Below are positions 13,830-25,446 of a stretch of 64,000 nt of DNA, one piece after another; within the stretch, counting starts at the first letter, position 1, and every line of letters starts with the position of its first letter. Origin of the DNA: Octopus vulgaris (lineage: Eukaryota). Below the pieces are notes generated by a model. That model was not told the origin of the DNA, searched no databases, and was given only the letters and a program-made list of their open reading frames with translations. Made by a program: the position numbers and the translations under genes. The stretch lies in assembly GCA_951406725.2 (NCBI GenBank), contig OX597823.1, forward strand, positions 16,616,001 through 16,680,000. Direction: 5' to 3'.

Positions 13830-13885
13830 CTTGACCTTCTTATTGGATCAGCTTCCCTTTTCATTGCCTCTGTTATATCATCAAT
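13830..13885 (-). CDS. Putative microprotein, internal exon
   Basis: Acceptor ctacgttcag, donor AG|gtaaac, 56 nt, phase 0 in and phase 2 out. Encodes IDDITEAMKREADPIRRS in a unique island between microsatellites. Confidence 0.55.
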
Positions 13886-14243
13886 CTGAACGTAGCGGAT
13901 GTTTAAAAGAAGTTATTAACGTAACATATCCACCACCGTTACCTTTATAGTTACATCATGTTATACACTGTCGAACATGCAGAAACCACAGTTCTTCCTT
14001 TCAGTAATCATTTAGTCAAATATGGCAAAATAAATAAATAAATAAATAACCCCTTCGACTATTTCCTAGCCACAGCCAGCCTTTTACGTCGTTATACGCG
14101 TGTTTACGTCGTATACATACACACATACACGCATGCATACATACATACATACATACATACATACATACATACATACATACATACATACATACATACATAC
14201 ATACATACATACATACATACATACATACATACATACATACATA

Positions 14244-14408
14244 CAAGACGTGGAACAAATATAGTATTATTGGACGCTCAGGAAGGAAGGGAAGAAGGAG
14301 GGTTTAACGTTTCGAGCGGAGCTCTTCGTCGGAAACATAGGAGAAGGAAAGATCCAGAGAAGGGAAGCCAGAGGGAAAAAAATCGCCAACGGTACACACG
14401 CGGTCACA
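14244..14408 (-). mobile_element. Penelope-like pLTR remnant with a minimal hammerhead core, embedded in (CATA)n
   Basis: Minus strand reads GTTT CCGACGA AGAGC TCC GCTC GAAACGTT AAAC with pyrimidine-rich flanks. Confidence 0.6.
14302..14336 (-). ncRNA. Minimal type I hammerhead ribozyme motif, CUGA-to-CCGA variant
   Basis: C(C)GACGA core, stem II GAGC/GCUC, GAAA, palindromic AACGUU stem III, stem I GUUU/AAAC. Confidence 0.55.
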
Positions 14409-14490
14409 TACATACACACACACACACACATACATAAATGCATACATACATACATACATACATACATACATACATACATACATACATACA

Positions 14491-14521
<31 letters not shown>

Positions 14522-14984
14522 GTAGCGAACATCTACAGCATAACTAAGCACATTTTCCCCCACATTGTCAAACAAATCCTCGGTCTATTGTCCCAGCCTT
14601 TTACACTTAGAGATTAATGGGAATATGCTGATCTTTTGATCTTTCCAAGGGTATTCTTCGGTCAATCTTTATTAAGGACGAAGAATTCTATTGTTTTTAT
14701 CTCGACCCTACTTATTCACCAAGTTATAAAAACACAAGCAAATAGCTATCTTTCTTTTTGTGACCAATGGTCCCTGAACAGACAGCAACCCTGTCAGTAT
14801 GTTGGCAAACGATGCGAAGGTGACTTCTTAATGTATAGCTCTGCCTTGACTGTTTTACTCTTTCTCTAATCTTCAACATTGTAACAACACAATAATCAAT
14901 CTTAATAAATGACCGTATTGATAAGCAAACAAAATAATATTGCTCTTTCATTCATTTCTCTGACGCAAACTTCGTCATTCAAAC

Positions 14985-16248
14985 TTATTAAATATTTTAG
15001 AACTGAAGATAGTTTAATATATAGCTGCGACATACATGGTTTGTTACCGAAGATAGAGGTTGAGTCTTACGATGCAAATGATTGGCGCTTGTTTTTAGAC
15101 AGTTCGAATAGCAATCTTAAGTGTGATGTTGCATAATGGCAATCTATACGGCTCGATACCGATTGAGCACTCAACAAAATTAAAAGAAAAGTATGAAAAT
15201 ATGGAAAAGGTTTTAAATCTTAACAAATATTGGAAACACGAGTGGATCATATGTGTTGACTTTAAAATGGTTAATTTTCTACTAGCACAACAAGCAGGGT
15301 ATACTAAATATACCTGGTTCCTTTGATTATGGGACAGCAGAGTCAAGAAAGAACATTCTTTCAAACAAATCTTGCCAGCAAGAACATCACTTGCTGTCGG
15401 AGAAAAAAAAAACGTGACCAGAAATAAAATCATATTTCCTTCTCTGCATATTAAACTAGGCTTCATTAAACAGCATGTAAAAGTTTTAGATACGACCGGC
15501 AAGTGTTTCAAATACATAACTTCAAAATTTCCAAGTTCAAGCTATAAAAAAATCAGGGCGGGAATTTTCGACCGTCCACAAATAAGAACATTAATTAAAG
15601 GCTGCAATTTTCCTAATGTCATGAACGAACGCGGAAAAATGTCTGGTTCACGATTAAAAAAAAAACTTTGAAAAAATCGCACAAAAAAAATTAAATGACT
15701 ACATTTAATGGTTACATTGCAATATAAGCGTAAAAATGCATTTTTTTGAATAGCCACCTTGACCAATTTCCCAGTAATTTAGGTGCTGTAAATGATGAAC
15801 AGGGAGAAAGATTTCACCAAGATATCAAAATTATGGAGGAATGGTACCAAAGACGCTGGGATTCCCATATGATGGCTGATTACTGCTTGTTGATATTTGA
15901 AAAGAGACCTGCCATCAACAAGCAAATACGCGAGAAAGTCTTATAGTAGAAAAGGTTCACATATCTTTGTTTTTGTTCTTTTTTTATGTATTTTAGGTCA
16001 TTTCTATCTTCATAATGTAATTTTACAGTAGTTTGAGCTGCTTGTATTCATGAAACTTGAAAATGTATTTGATCACATGACTTAATTTTTAGTCCAAATT
16101 TTAAAAATCTGGAAAAAAAACACATTGGCTGTTGACAACAATCAGGACCTGATAGAGCGAAACCGAGTTGAAATTCGTATTCAGCGAATCCAATTTACTT
16201 GAGATCAAGTATCAGATATTATTCAATAAAATTATGTGTTCCCCGGTG
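14985..16248 (+). mobile_element. Chapaev3-like (CMC superfamily) DNA transposon, decayed transposase
   Basis: Frameshifted motifs DWRLFLDSS, LHNGN, WIICVDFKMVNFLL.QQAGYTKY, SLHIKLG, SHLDQFPSNLGAVNDEQGERFHQDI..ME..YQ..W...MMADYC. The right end reads ...gttccccggtg followed by taa; no left terminus was found. Confidence 0.8.
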
Positions 16249-16406
16249 TAACAATACACAATGAGAAGAGCGTGGTATAATTTATAATAAACGTTAATTC
16301 TGTTTATTGAATTGTTCAATTTAATAAACAGTCAATCTCTATTTATTATAAATTGTATTACGCTTTTCTTATTGCGTATTCACCTTCGTGAAGAATTACG
16401 TCAGTC

Positions 16407-16407
<1 letters not shown>

Positions 16408-16452
<45 letters not shown>

Positions 16453-16519
16453 CTATTAATAATAATAATAATAATAATAATAACTATTAATAATAATGAT
16501 AATAATAATAATAATAACT

Positions 16520-16618
<99 letters not shown>

Positions 16619-16716
16619 CTATTAATAATAATAATAATAATAATAATAACTATTAATAATAATGATAATAATAATAATGATAATAACTATTAATAATAAT
16701 AATAATAATAATAACT

Positions 16717-16779
<63 letters not shown>
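16408..16779. repeat. (TAA)n microsatellite with periodic aactatt interruptions
   Basis: Seen directly. Confidence 0.95.
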
Positions 16780-16989
16780 CCTTTGTATAATAAACACAAA
16801 GCCTGCAATTTTTCAATGAGGAGCTAAGCCAAATTACATCGACCCCCAGTGTTCAACTCTGGTGCTCGTTTTATCGACCCGAAAAGCAAATTCGATCCAG
16901 GCGCAATTTGAACTCAGAGCGCAAAACCAGACAAAATTCTACTAAGCATTTTCTCCGGCGTGCTAACAGTTCTGACAGCTCGCCGCCAG
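16780..16989 (-). mobile_element. SINE family B, diverged
   Basis: aatttgaactcaga ... cagctcgccgcc matches the family B head on the minus strand. Confidence 0.7.
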
Positions 16990-17019
16990 AATAATAATAA
17001 CGACGACGACGACGACGCC

Positions 17020-18640
17020 AGCTCAAGGTTGAAACAGAAAAGATAGATTCGGTTCTTGGGCTATTCCAAACGAGAAATATAACTGAAACTAACAAGATTA
17101 TTTGGGCTGCAGCTATGGTTGCTGAAGATAGAGTTGGATACAAAAGAAAAGAACAAACAGAACGTAAAGAACGATACTGGCGTAGACGAATTTGTGAGGA
17201 ACAAACAAGGTTAAAAAGACATTTAGGACAAGTTGATAGATTGAGAATAGGGGAATTGCAGAATGAAAGCGTTGGAATAATGCTGGAAAGAAGATATAGA
17301 ATAAGAGATGAAGGTTATGAAGTTATATTGGAAGAATTGAAACAAAGATTAGTGGCAATCAAAGCAAAATTGAAAGGTATTATAATAGAAAAAGACAGTT
17401 CAAGCAAAACAGAGTGTTTGAAGCAAACCAGAAGAAACTGTTTTAGGAACCAGATGGGCAAATACACGCAACAATGATACCAGATGCAGAGGAAAGCTAG
17501 GCATTCTGGAGAGGGATCTGGGACCAACTTGTAGAGCATAACTATGAAGCAGATATATTAAGAAGCACAGAAGTTCAAGAAGACATAAAGATAACCACAG
17601 AAATTATTAAAAAGCAGCTAATTCCCAAATTGGAAGAGCCCAGGACCGGATGGGGTCCAAGGGTATTGGATAAGGAAGCTGAGAGGGCTACACGAAAGGA
17701 TAACACAACAGGTAGATGAGTGCTTGCAGGAAGGCGCAGTACCCAGCTGGATGACAAAGGGAAAGATATTGTTGTGTGCCAAGGATCCTGAAAAGGGAAA
17801 TGTTGCATCCAACTTTAGACCAATAACATGCCTTTCGCTAATGTGGAAACTAATATCAGGTGCTTTGGTCGGTGAACTGTACAGATACTTGGAAAAAAGT
17901 AGGTTGCTATCCATTGAACAGAAAGGGTGCCGGAAAAAGGTGCTTGCATGCTTAAAATCAGAAACAGAAGGGTTTACTATAGCAGTCCAAGATCAATGCC
18001 TACCTACATGTAACTACCAGGCCAACATATTAATGAACGGCAGCTGCCCAACATGTCGTGTATGTCAACAACAAAATGAAACCATTGATCATGTTGTCTC
18101 CGTGTGCAGTCTTCTTGCGCCTACAGAGTATCTCAACAGGCATGATAGAGCAGCACACTGTGTAACTGGTAAAAACCTGGATCTGCCCCATAATAAAAAC
18201 TGGTGGCAGCACAAACCACCTCCAGTGCTTGAAAATGACCACATCTCACTCCTCTGGAACTTCACCATTCAAACTGACAGAAAGATATATGCGAATAGGT
18301 CAGACATTATATTGAAGAACTTCAGACAAAAATCATGTCTCCTCATTGATATAACTGTCCCAATCGACATAAATGCATCTGTCAAGACCTACCAAAAACT
18401 GAGCAAGTATTAAGATCTTGAAATAGAAATTGGCAAAATGTAGAAACTCAAGACTAAAACAATACCTGTTGTCATAGGTGCCCTAGGAATGATAGCAAAA
18501 GGGGATGAATACCAGGAAACCCCAAAATGACAAAAATTCAAAAGATAGTGCTCATGGGAACTTCCCATATGATACGTAAAATACTGTCTATGTAATCTCA
18601 AATTTTTAAACAAACTTATAACTTTCTTATGGTTTCTTCT
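17020..18640 (+). mobile_element. R4/Dong-clade non-LTR retrotransposon with RLE endonuclease, internally deleted
   Basis: NWKSPGPDGVQGYW, NFRPITCL and EQKGCRK (RT N-terminal part), then ETEGF..AVQDQ, CRVC..ETIDHVVSVC (CCHC knuckle), RHD, NRSDII..LLIDITVP and IPVVIGALG (RLE). Lies next to TAA repeats, the known Dong target. Confidence 0.85.
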
Positions 18641-19321
18641 TAGGGCTGCTCATGAAGACCCCCACAAAGCCACAGTCGCCCTGATCAAGGACAGACAAAG
18701 GGATTAAGTCAAGTTTCTGCCAGTTCGCCGCCCTACTTGGCCACCACTAACTTGGCCATCATACTTGGCCACCACTAACCCTCTATAGAACGCCAGAGTT
18801 GAACTTTCACCGACCAGATTGCTCGACTGAAAGCAGACTGTGAGCTCTTGACGACATTAGGTGTCAGGCGCCCTGCCTCGGTCTACTCTCGATCCGGGGC
18901 TGCAGATTAGTCAAAGAGAGGAGCTGTGGAAAATCCTGCTGCAGACGACAATTATATAGAGAGATGCTGCGTATGGGACGGAATCCAAGAAAGATAGATG
19001 TTGCGAAGCGAACTTCGAACGTGAGATCAGGCACTCAATGCTGCGATGGAATACCCAACATAACCACCACCACCACCACCACTACCAACATTTGGCTGAT
19101 TAGTCACTAGCCTGCCTACCCAACCATGCTCGATCTCCATTTGATAAATTTAGAAGTATTTATGTTGTCAGTATCATTCTATGTAATGTCACGTCTCTGT
19201 AAATATTCGATATTTACCATACGTCTAGATGTACACGCCTGCTTCATAATGATAAGAATATTTTGGGGTCGGATGCTTACGTGCTTGCGCGCCTGTGTGT
19301 GTGTGTGTGTGTGCACAGATA

Positions 19322-20690
19322 TTCAAGATGCATTCCAGAAGTGTTGAGACATTTTTTTCCGACGAGACATTTATTAACTTCAAAGAAGTACAAAATTTTA
19401 TTATCCTTCAAAGTAGGATCCTCTGACTGCAGTGCACTTGTTGTAGCGCTGAAGCCACTTCGTGAAGACCCCACGAAAATCTTCCAAAGTAAAGGTGTGC
19501 TGGGCCCTTATCACAGTTTTCTCTATATTCTCAATATCTTCAAAACGCCTGCCCCTGGAGTTTTCATTCGGCTTGGGAAACAATCAAAAGTTACTGGGAG
19601 AAAGGACTGGATTGTTGGGAGGGTGAGGGACAGTTCTGATGCCCATCTCTGCTAAGTAGTTAGTTACAAGGATGGAATTGTGGATGGGTGCATTGTCCTG
19701 GTACAGGTGCCACCGACCTAAATGGAAGCGCTCTGGCATTTTTCGACGAAATCTCTTCTTGAGTACATTCTTGAGAAACCTTCAAAGAGTACATTTTGTT
19801 AACCGTCTGACCAGAAGGAATGCAGTGGATGTAAATGTTGCCCTTGTTGTCCTAAAAAAGGATCATCATAAACTTCTCGGTGGATTTGCTTTGCCTGGCT
19901 TTCTTAGGTCTGAGAGAGCCAGGATGCTTCTTTCGGGCATTCTGTCTCTTTGTCTCTGGATCATAACAGTAGATTCAGCTTTCGTCACAAGTCACAAAAG
20001 ACTCAAGTACTCTCGAAGTGGAAGTAATGGGCTTAACCATTTCTTTGTTGTCACCGATGCACCTTTCTTTCTGTTCAACACTAAGCATCCTGGGAATAAA
20101 TTTTGCACAAATTCTGCGCATATTTAGATCTTCATGAATAATTCTGTGTACAATTCCCATACTGACACATATCTGTAAGTCTTTTGTCTTTTTTTTTTGT
20201 CACACGACTATCTTCACAGAGATTATGAATTTTCTCAACCCGCTCTGATGTTCTGATGTCCCTCTCCCTTCCACGTTTCTCATCGTCTTTCACACTCTCT
20301 CTCTATCGTTCTTGAACGTCTTGTGCTAGCGAAAATCAAAAAGCTCGGCTCGTACAAATTAATTCATAAGTAGTCCGGAGCATTTCATATATTTCTCTAA
20401 CATTTTTACCCAGTTTAACACAAAACTTCATTGCATAGCGAACTTCCAAAGTGTCTGCAAGTCCCAACTCCGAATGCATTCTGCAAAGTAATCAGCTGTT
20501 ACAAGCAGTGTTTAGTAGCGTATGTTCTAAGCGCTGTGGCAGCCGTCTCCCTCAGTTTGGAATAACAAAAACTGGCAGTTAACTTACCAGGTGTATGTTA
20601 ATGATATACTAAAATTACAATAATCTAGGACAGTTATAACTACCACTCCTACAAAAAAAAAGTCTCAAACCTTCTAGAATCCGTATTGTA
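19322..20690 (-). mobile_element. Decayed mariner transposon
   Basis: RICAKFIPRMLS, FVTCDES and FPK...RGRRFEDIE...WLQRYNKC...GSYFEG. Degenerate TIRs ttcaagatgcattccagaagtgttgagac and gtctcaaaccttctagaatccgtattgta, TA flanks. Confidence 0.85.
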
Positions 20691-21510
20691 TACGAGTGAG
20701 TCAAAAGGTAATGCAATCATTATCATAAGTGACATGTTTTTCAATGAAACTATTTGGTATTTAGTACAGATGTAAAGGAACGTATACTCTTCATCATTAA
20801 TAATCTTAGTTCGTTTTTCAGTATTAAACCGCACAGCAAATTAAGTCTATCATTAAACAGTGTGTGCAATCTGATAAGCTTCCACGCAGTTTCTATCTAC
20901 CCAGGTTCAACATGGGTGACCCGAAATTTTGATATAAAGCACATGTCCAAGGCAAGAGCTTAGCTATGAGTTGGGTGATAGGGAGATACTTTTGGGTTTG
21001 CTGTATAGGCAGTATAGACTCCAGAGGATGGGGTGCAAACACAAAGTCTGCCCCAGAAGGAACACACTCTAGCTACGGCACTTGTCCACCACTAACCCTC
21101 TATAGAACGCCAGAGTTGAACTGAAAGAGGACTATGAGCTCTTGATGACATTAGGTGTCAGGCGCCCTGCCTCGGTCTACTCTCGATCCAGGACTGCAGA
21201 TCAATCAAAGAGAGGAGCTGTGGAAAATCCTATTGCAGACAACAATAATCGAAGATGCTGCGTATGGGATTGAATCGGTTATATCGAACTCGAAACCACG
21301 TGTTTGCGAAACAAAATTATCAATCACACGGCCATGCTTGCGCCAAGCATATTTACTGGTATGGTTTTAAGTTCTCGCTCGATATACTAAGGAACAACAT
21401 ACTTAAGGCAATCCCTTAGACTATATTGAGTTTCCATTGTAACTCTTGGCTTACATTTGAAACCTCATTCCAAAGTGGAATGTGGTTTTTTTCACACCAT
21501 TACCATGTTA

Positions 21511-22807
21511 TTAGGTTGTCAAGCATGAAATTTGTAGTTAGGTATATGGTGAACTTTGAAAGCTGCTCATTTTGCGCCATCATTATATTTTGACAATCTT
21601 TATTTTTTGTTAGAAAGCTGATGCATTTATTTCTTTATTCTACCCCATTTTGCGCTTTATAAAGTATTTATAAATCGTTTCCTGTTATTTTTGTTTAGAG
21701 ATGAATAAGTCAGAAATTCGTACAGTTTTGAAATATGAGTTCTTTCTTAGAAATACAGCATCACAGACAGCTCGGAATATTAATGGAGTATTTCATTCTG
21801 ATGTTATTACACAGCAGACAGTATCAAATTGGTTTGCAAAATTTCGTTCTGGTAACTTTGACCTCACAAATGAGCAACGCGGTCGACCAGAAACAAAGGT
21901 GGATAATGACGAACTGAAAGCCACCGTCGAGTCAGATCCATGTCAAAGTTCCCGTAAATTATCGTTGCTGTTTGGTGTTAGCAAGCAAACCATATTGACT
22001 CACATAGTTCAAATTGGTAAAGTGATAAAGTTGGATAAGTGGGTTCCACATGAACTCAATGAAAATCAGAAATAGCAACGTTTGGAGGCCTGCATTATGC
22101 TACTTTGTCGTCATAAAAATTAATCATTTTTGAATCGAATTGTAACATATGATGAGAAATGGATTCAATACAACAACCATAGACGTTCGGTACAATGGTT
22201 GGACAAAGATGAACCGCCAAAACACAATCCAAAAAGCAAAATTCATCAAAAGAAGGTGATGGTGTGTGTTTGGTGGTCTGGTGCAGGTGTGAGCCATTAT
22301 GATTTCATTAAACCTGGCTCATCAATCACGGCCGAAGTATACTGCAGCCAGCTTGAACAAATGATGCAGAAACTTACAAAAAAAAAAAAGAAAGAAACAG
22401 CCTAGATTAGTCAACTGATCCACTCCTATTTTATTGCAAGACAGCATCAGACCACACATCGCAAAAATGACATTGGCGAAACTACAGGAGTTGGAGTTGG
22501 AAGTTCTCCATCATCCACCGTACTCACCTGGTCTTGCCCCCACTGACTACCACTTCTTCCTGAATTTGGATAACTTTTTGATAGGAAAAAATTTAATTCC
22601 GACGATGCTGTAAAACAGGCCTTCCAAGATTTTATTGACTCTAGATTGCCATGCTTTTACAGTTCTGGGTTGGACAAGCTACTGCTGAAATGGCAAAAGT
22701 GTCTTGACAATATGAGTGCATACTTTGATGAATAAAACTATTCCTTGTATTTATAAAACATTAACAAACTTTTTTCTTTTCTACAAATTTCATACTTGAC
22801 GACTTAA
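21511..22807 (+). mobile_element. Full-length mariner (Mos1/Hsmar type, D,D34D class) with inactivated transposase
   Basis: TIRs ttaggttgtcaagcatgaaatttgtag and ctacaaatttcatacttgacgacttaa, TA TSD, 1297 bp. Motifs WVPHEL, IVTYDEKW, LQDSIRPH and HPPYSPGLAPTDYH are interrupted by stops and frameshifts. Confidence 0.92.
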
Positions 22808-23499
22808 TATTATTCTTGACTCTCATGGAGGGAGGATCAGTTTCGCTCATAGATTTTTAAAATTATTTTTTAACTAGACAGTTTGATACTTCGTATACTG
22901 GTGTAGTTTCTCACGCTCAACACAGTTTACTTTCAACATTTTTGACAAAATTTCGTATTTTAGAAGTTATTTCGTGTTAAAGTTGTCGTATTAGGATAGT
23001 TTTAACCAATCAACGACGTGTATTCAATTGAAGAAAGCTACTACTGTTTTGGATAGTAATCGAAGAGGAACAACTTCCGGGTTATCTCTACTAAATGTCA
23101 CCACTCTGTTCTATTCGTATGTTGAGCGAAGGGCGAAGGGCAAGTATTGCTCCTTGGTCATAACTGACACAAAAGAGAAGCTTTCAGCCGCAAGAAAGAT
23201 AATGCCACCGTTATCCTTTTTTTCCTTTCTAGTTAGCACTGTGCATTCCTTACTCTTTCCCTCCCTACTGGCAGATATCCACTTCTTACTGCTGTATCTC
23301 GAACTACATGTCGGACAAGGGAATAAAATATATGTAAACAGCATTTCTTCCTTCCTGGTGTTGATATTTCGATATTTACTTGTTAATCCGAGGTGGAGTT
23401 TTGCATGTCATTACATTTTGTTTTTAATAGGACATTTAAGGATTTCTGTCAAGCACTGGTTTCATGAAATGAAGTGAATAAATATCCCCTTGGACTAAC

Positions 23500-23650
23500 C
23501 GCACGTTAGTCACACGTAAACATTTGTAGTGACGCTATACAACAGCGCGCGCGCGCAACGCCCTTTTCTGATTCGCGCGTGTTTTCATCACCAAGAGGAA
23601 ATATTGCTATCGTGGAATTAGCTGATTGGCTAGGAAAAGCGACCCTTAGA
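23500..23650. promoter_or_regulatory. CpG-rich patch with a CCAAT box next to the putative first coding exon
   Basis: gcgcgcgcgcgc, ttcgcgcgt and ctgattggc (GCCAATCAG on the minus strand) in an otherwise CpG-poor background. Confidence 0.3.
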
Positions 23651-23674
23651 AAAGAGGCAAGGGAACGCAAAAAC

Positions 23675-23830
23675 CTTGACCATCAGCGTCCGGCAGAGAC
23701 AGCAGAGACAGCAGAAGGCCTTTGATACCAGCAGACGTATATTTCTCTCTGTCCAGCTTTGATAGCAGTCGGCCGAAGGTTTTTTTACCAAATTGTTGCG
23801 GACAACATCGTCTTCATATTCCGCGGCCAT
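23675..23830 (-). CDS. Putative Cys-string microprotein, first coding exon
   Basis: ATG in AAGATGG context, in-frame stop upstream, acceptor atgttcag at 23856, 52 codons MAAEYEDD...AFCCLCCLCRTLMVK. Donor AAG|gttttt is phase 0 but weak. Neighbourhood is CpG-rich. Confidence 0.45.
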
Positions 23831-24746
23831 CTTTAACCCGTTCTGTTTTTAGCGGCTGAACATTGTAAATATTACAATCGATTAACTTTCAGCCTTGCGC
23901 GCCCAGAACCAAGGATATTAGATATACCACTGATTTCTCACCGGTATAAAACAATAAAGTATATCTATTTTTTACGTCTGCGTTTTGTGTTTCTTTGACT
24001 GGTAGAATCTGGATTTAAAAGCAACGGATAGTGATTGCTTCTCGCACCCCCAAAAGGTCCAGAGAAGATATTCACATACTCGTTACACATTCCTTTTAGG
24101 AACAGGGGCATATTCAATGTCATTAGTGTACATTTCACAAACGTAACGAACCACCACAAAATATAGTTGAAATCTTCACTATTAAATACCTAAATTCATA
24201 TCCACTCAACCATATTCCCTCCCTGTATAATACCCTAAATATATTTATTTCTTTTACCCATTCAACTCCTGGGTAGAAATATGAGAACTAGGATCTAAAC
24301 AACAACACGCTATGACTAACACCAATAACAACAACATTAATCAATTACAACGCCGCCGCCGCCGCCGTGGCCACCACCACCACCACCGCCACCACAAGGA
24401 TCACAACTTTGAAACAACAATGCCACTGTCTTCACCGCTATCTCTAACTCTCACGTCACCACCGACACGAAATAACATCACCGTTACTCCCATGAACAAT
24501 AATAAAGTCCCCACCACCAGCATCAAAGCTACTACAATTATGTGAAATCTTTCCTCTCAAATCAAAATAAATTGTTCTTTATTGCGTTGTTTTTTGTTGT
24601 TTTTTTCTTTTTTTCTAACATATTTCTGTTTGCTTTTCTGTTTCGTTAATTTCTATAATGCAGTTAATGAGAGCATTTAGAAATACAATCTGTATTTATA
24701 TTATTGCTATTTGTGATATAGGCGGAACTTAATATAGTAACATATA

Positions 24747-24792
<46 letters not shown>

Positions 24793-25208
24793 ACGTGCGT
24801 GCAGAGAGAGAGAGAGAGAAAAAAAAAACAACCGGAAAGTTAATTTAATTTATGAACCAACTCTCCAGTTTTGTTTTCCCAATAATATACTCCGTGATTT
24901 TTTCTAACTAGGGAGAGATCAGTGAAAGGAAATAACATACGAGTCTCTTCACAGGTTATCTCTTTCAATGTATAAAACTGCACTTGGAGTTGTAAATATC
25001 AGTTTTTAAGTCACGCAATTTAAATTGCATAATACAAAGTAATGAAAGCGTAACGGTTATATGTGGTTGTTTATTGATATGCTGTGAGATATAGACTAAC
25101 CAAGGTTCGATTCTCAGATATCACCAAGTGTGTAATGGTTATAATTTTAAGACATCCATGGAATAAATGACAGGAAAAAAATAATAATTGAAATGTTCTT
25201 TATTTTAC

Positions 25209-25430
25209 CGTTACAATATTTTTTTTAAAAAGTAGCTGCTTTGAGTCGTACAAAAATTAGTTGAATTTCCGTTGTCCATTTCGTAAATAGTCGTGTTCAT
25301 CTTTTGGCTGCTAGAAGACGGAGGAAGAACGTGAGAGAAAGAGTAAAAGAATCTACTTCTCTGAGTTGACGGAAGAGAGATGAATGAAAATTGTATAGTC
25401 TCTCGCCAGGTGCCAGGCGAAAGAAGAACT
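25209..25430 (-). other. Candidate 5' UTR / first exon of the putative microprotein gene
   Basis: Non-repetitive sequence starting at an Inr-like TCAGTT (or an aaattcag acceptor) and ending at a G|gtaaaa donor. Contains a 29-codon uORF (MNTTIYEMDNG...). Confidence 0.3.
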
Positions 25431-25446
25431 GAATTTGTGTTCTGTA

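Noticed and set aside
13830-13885. Neuropeptide precursor reading of KR-EADP-IRR
   Set aside because: The joined peptide has no N-terminal signal peptide and no repeated amidated peptides.
21701-22735. Domesticated SETMAR-like transposase gene
   Set aside because: Several stops and frameshifts, intact TIRs and TA TSD, and no SET domain: an ordinary dead mariner.
23028-23477. 149-aa plus-strand ORF
   Set aside because: Non-ATG (TTG) start, begins in a repeat remnant, and has no recognisable domain or convincing splice sites.
24312-24545. Arg/His/Thr-rich ORF
   Set aside because: Built from CGC, CAC and AAC trinucleotide runs; low complexity.
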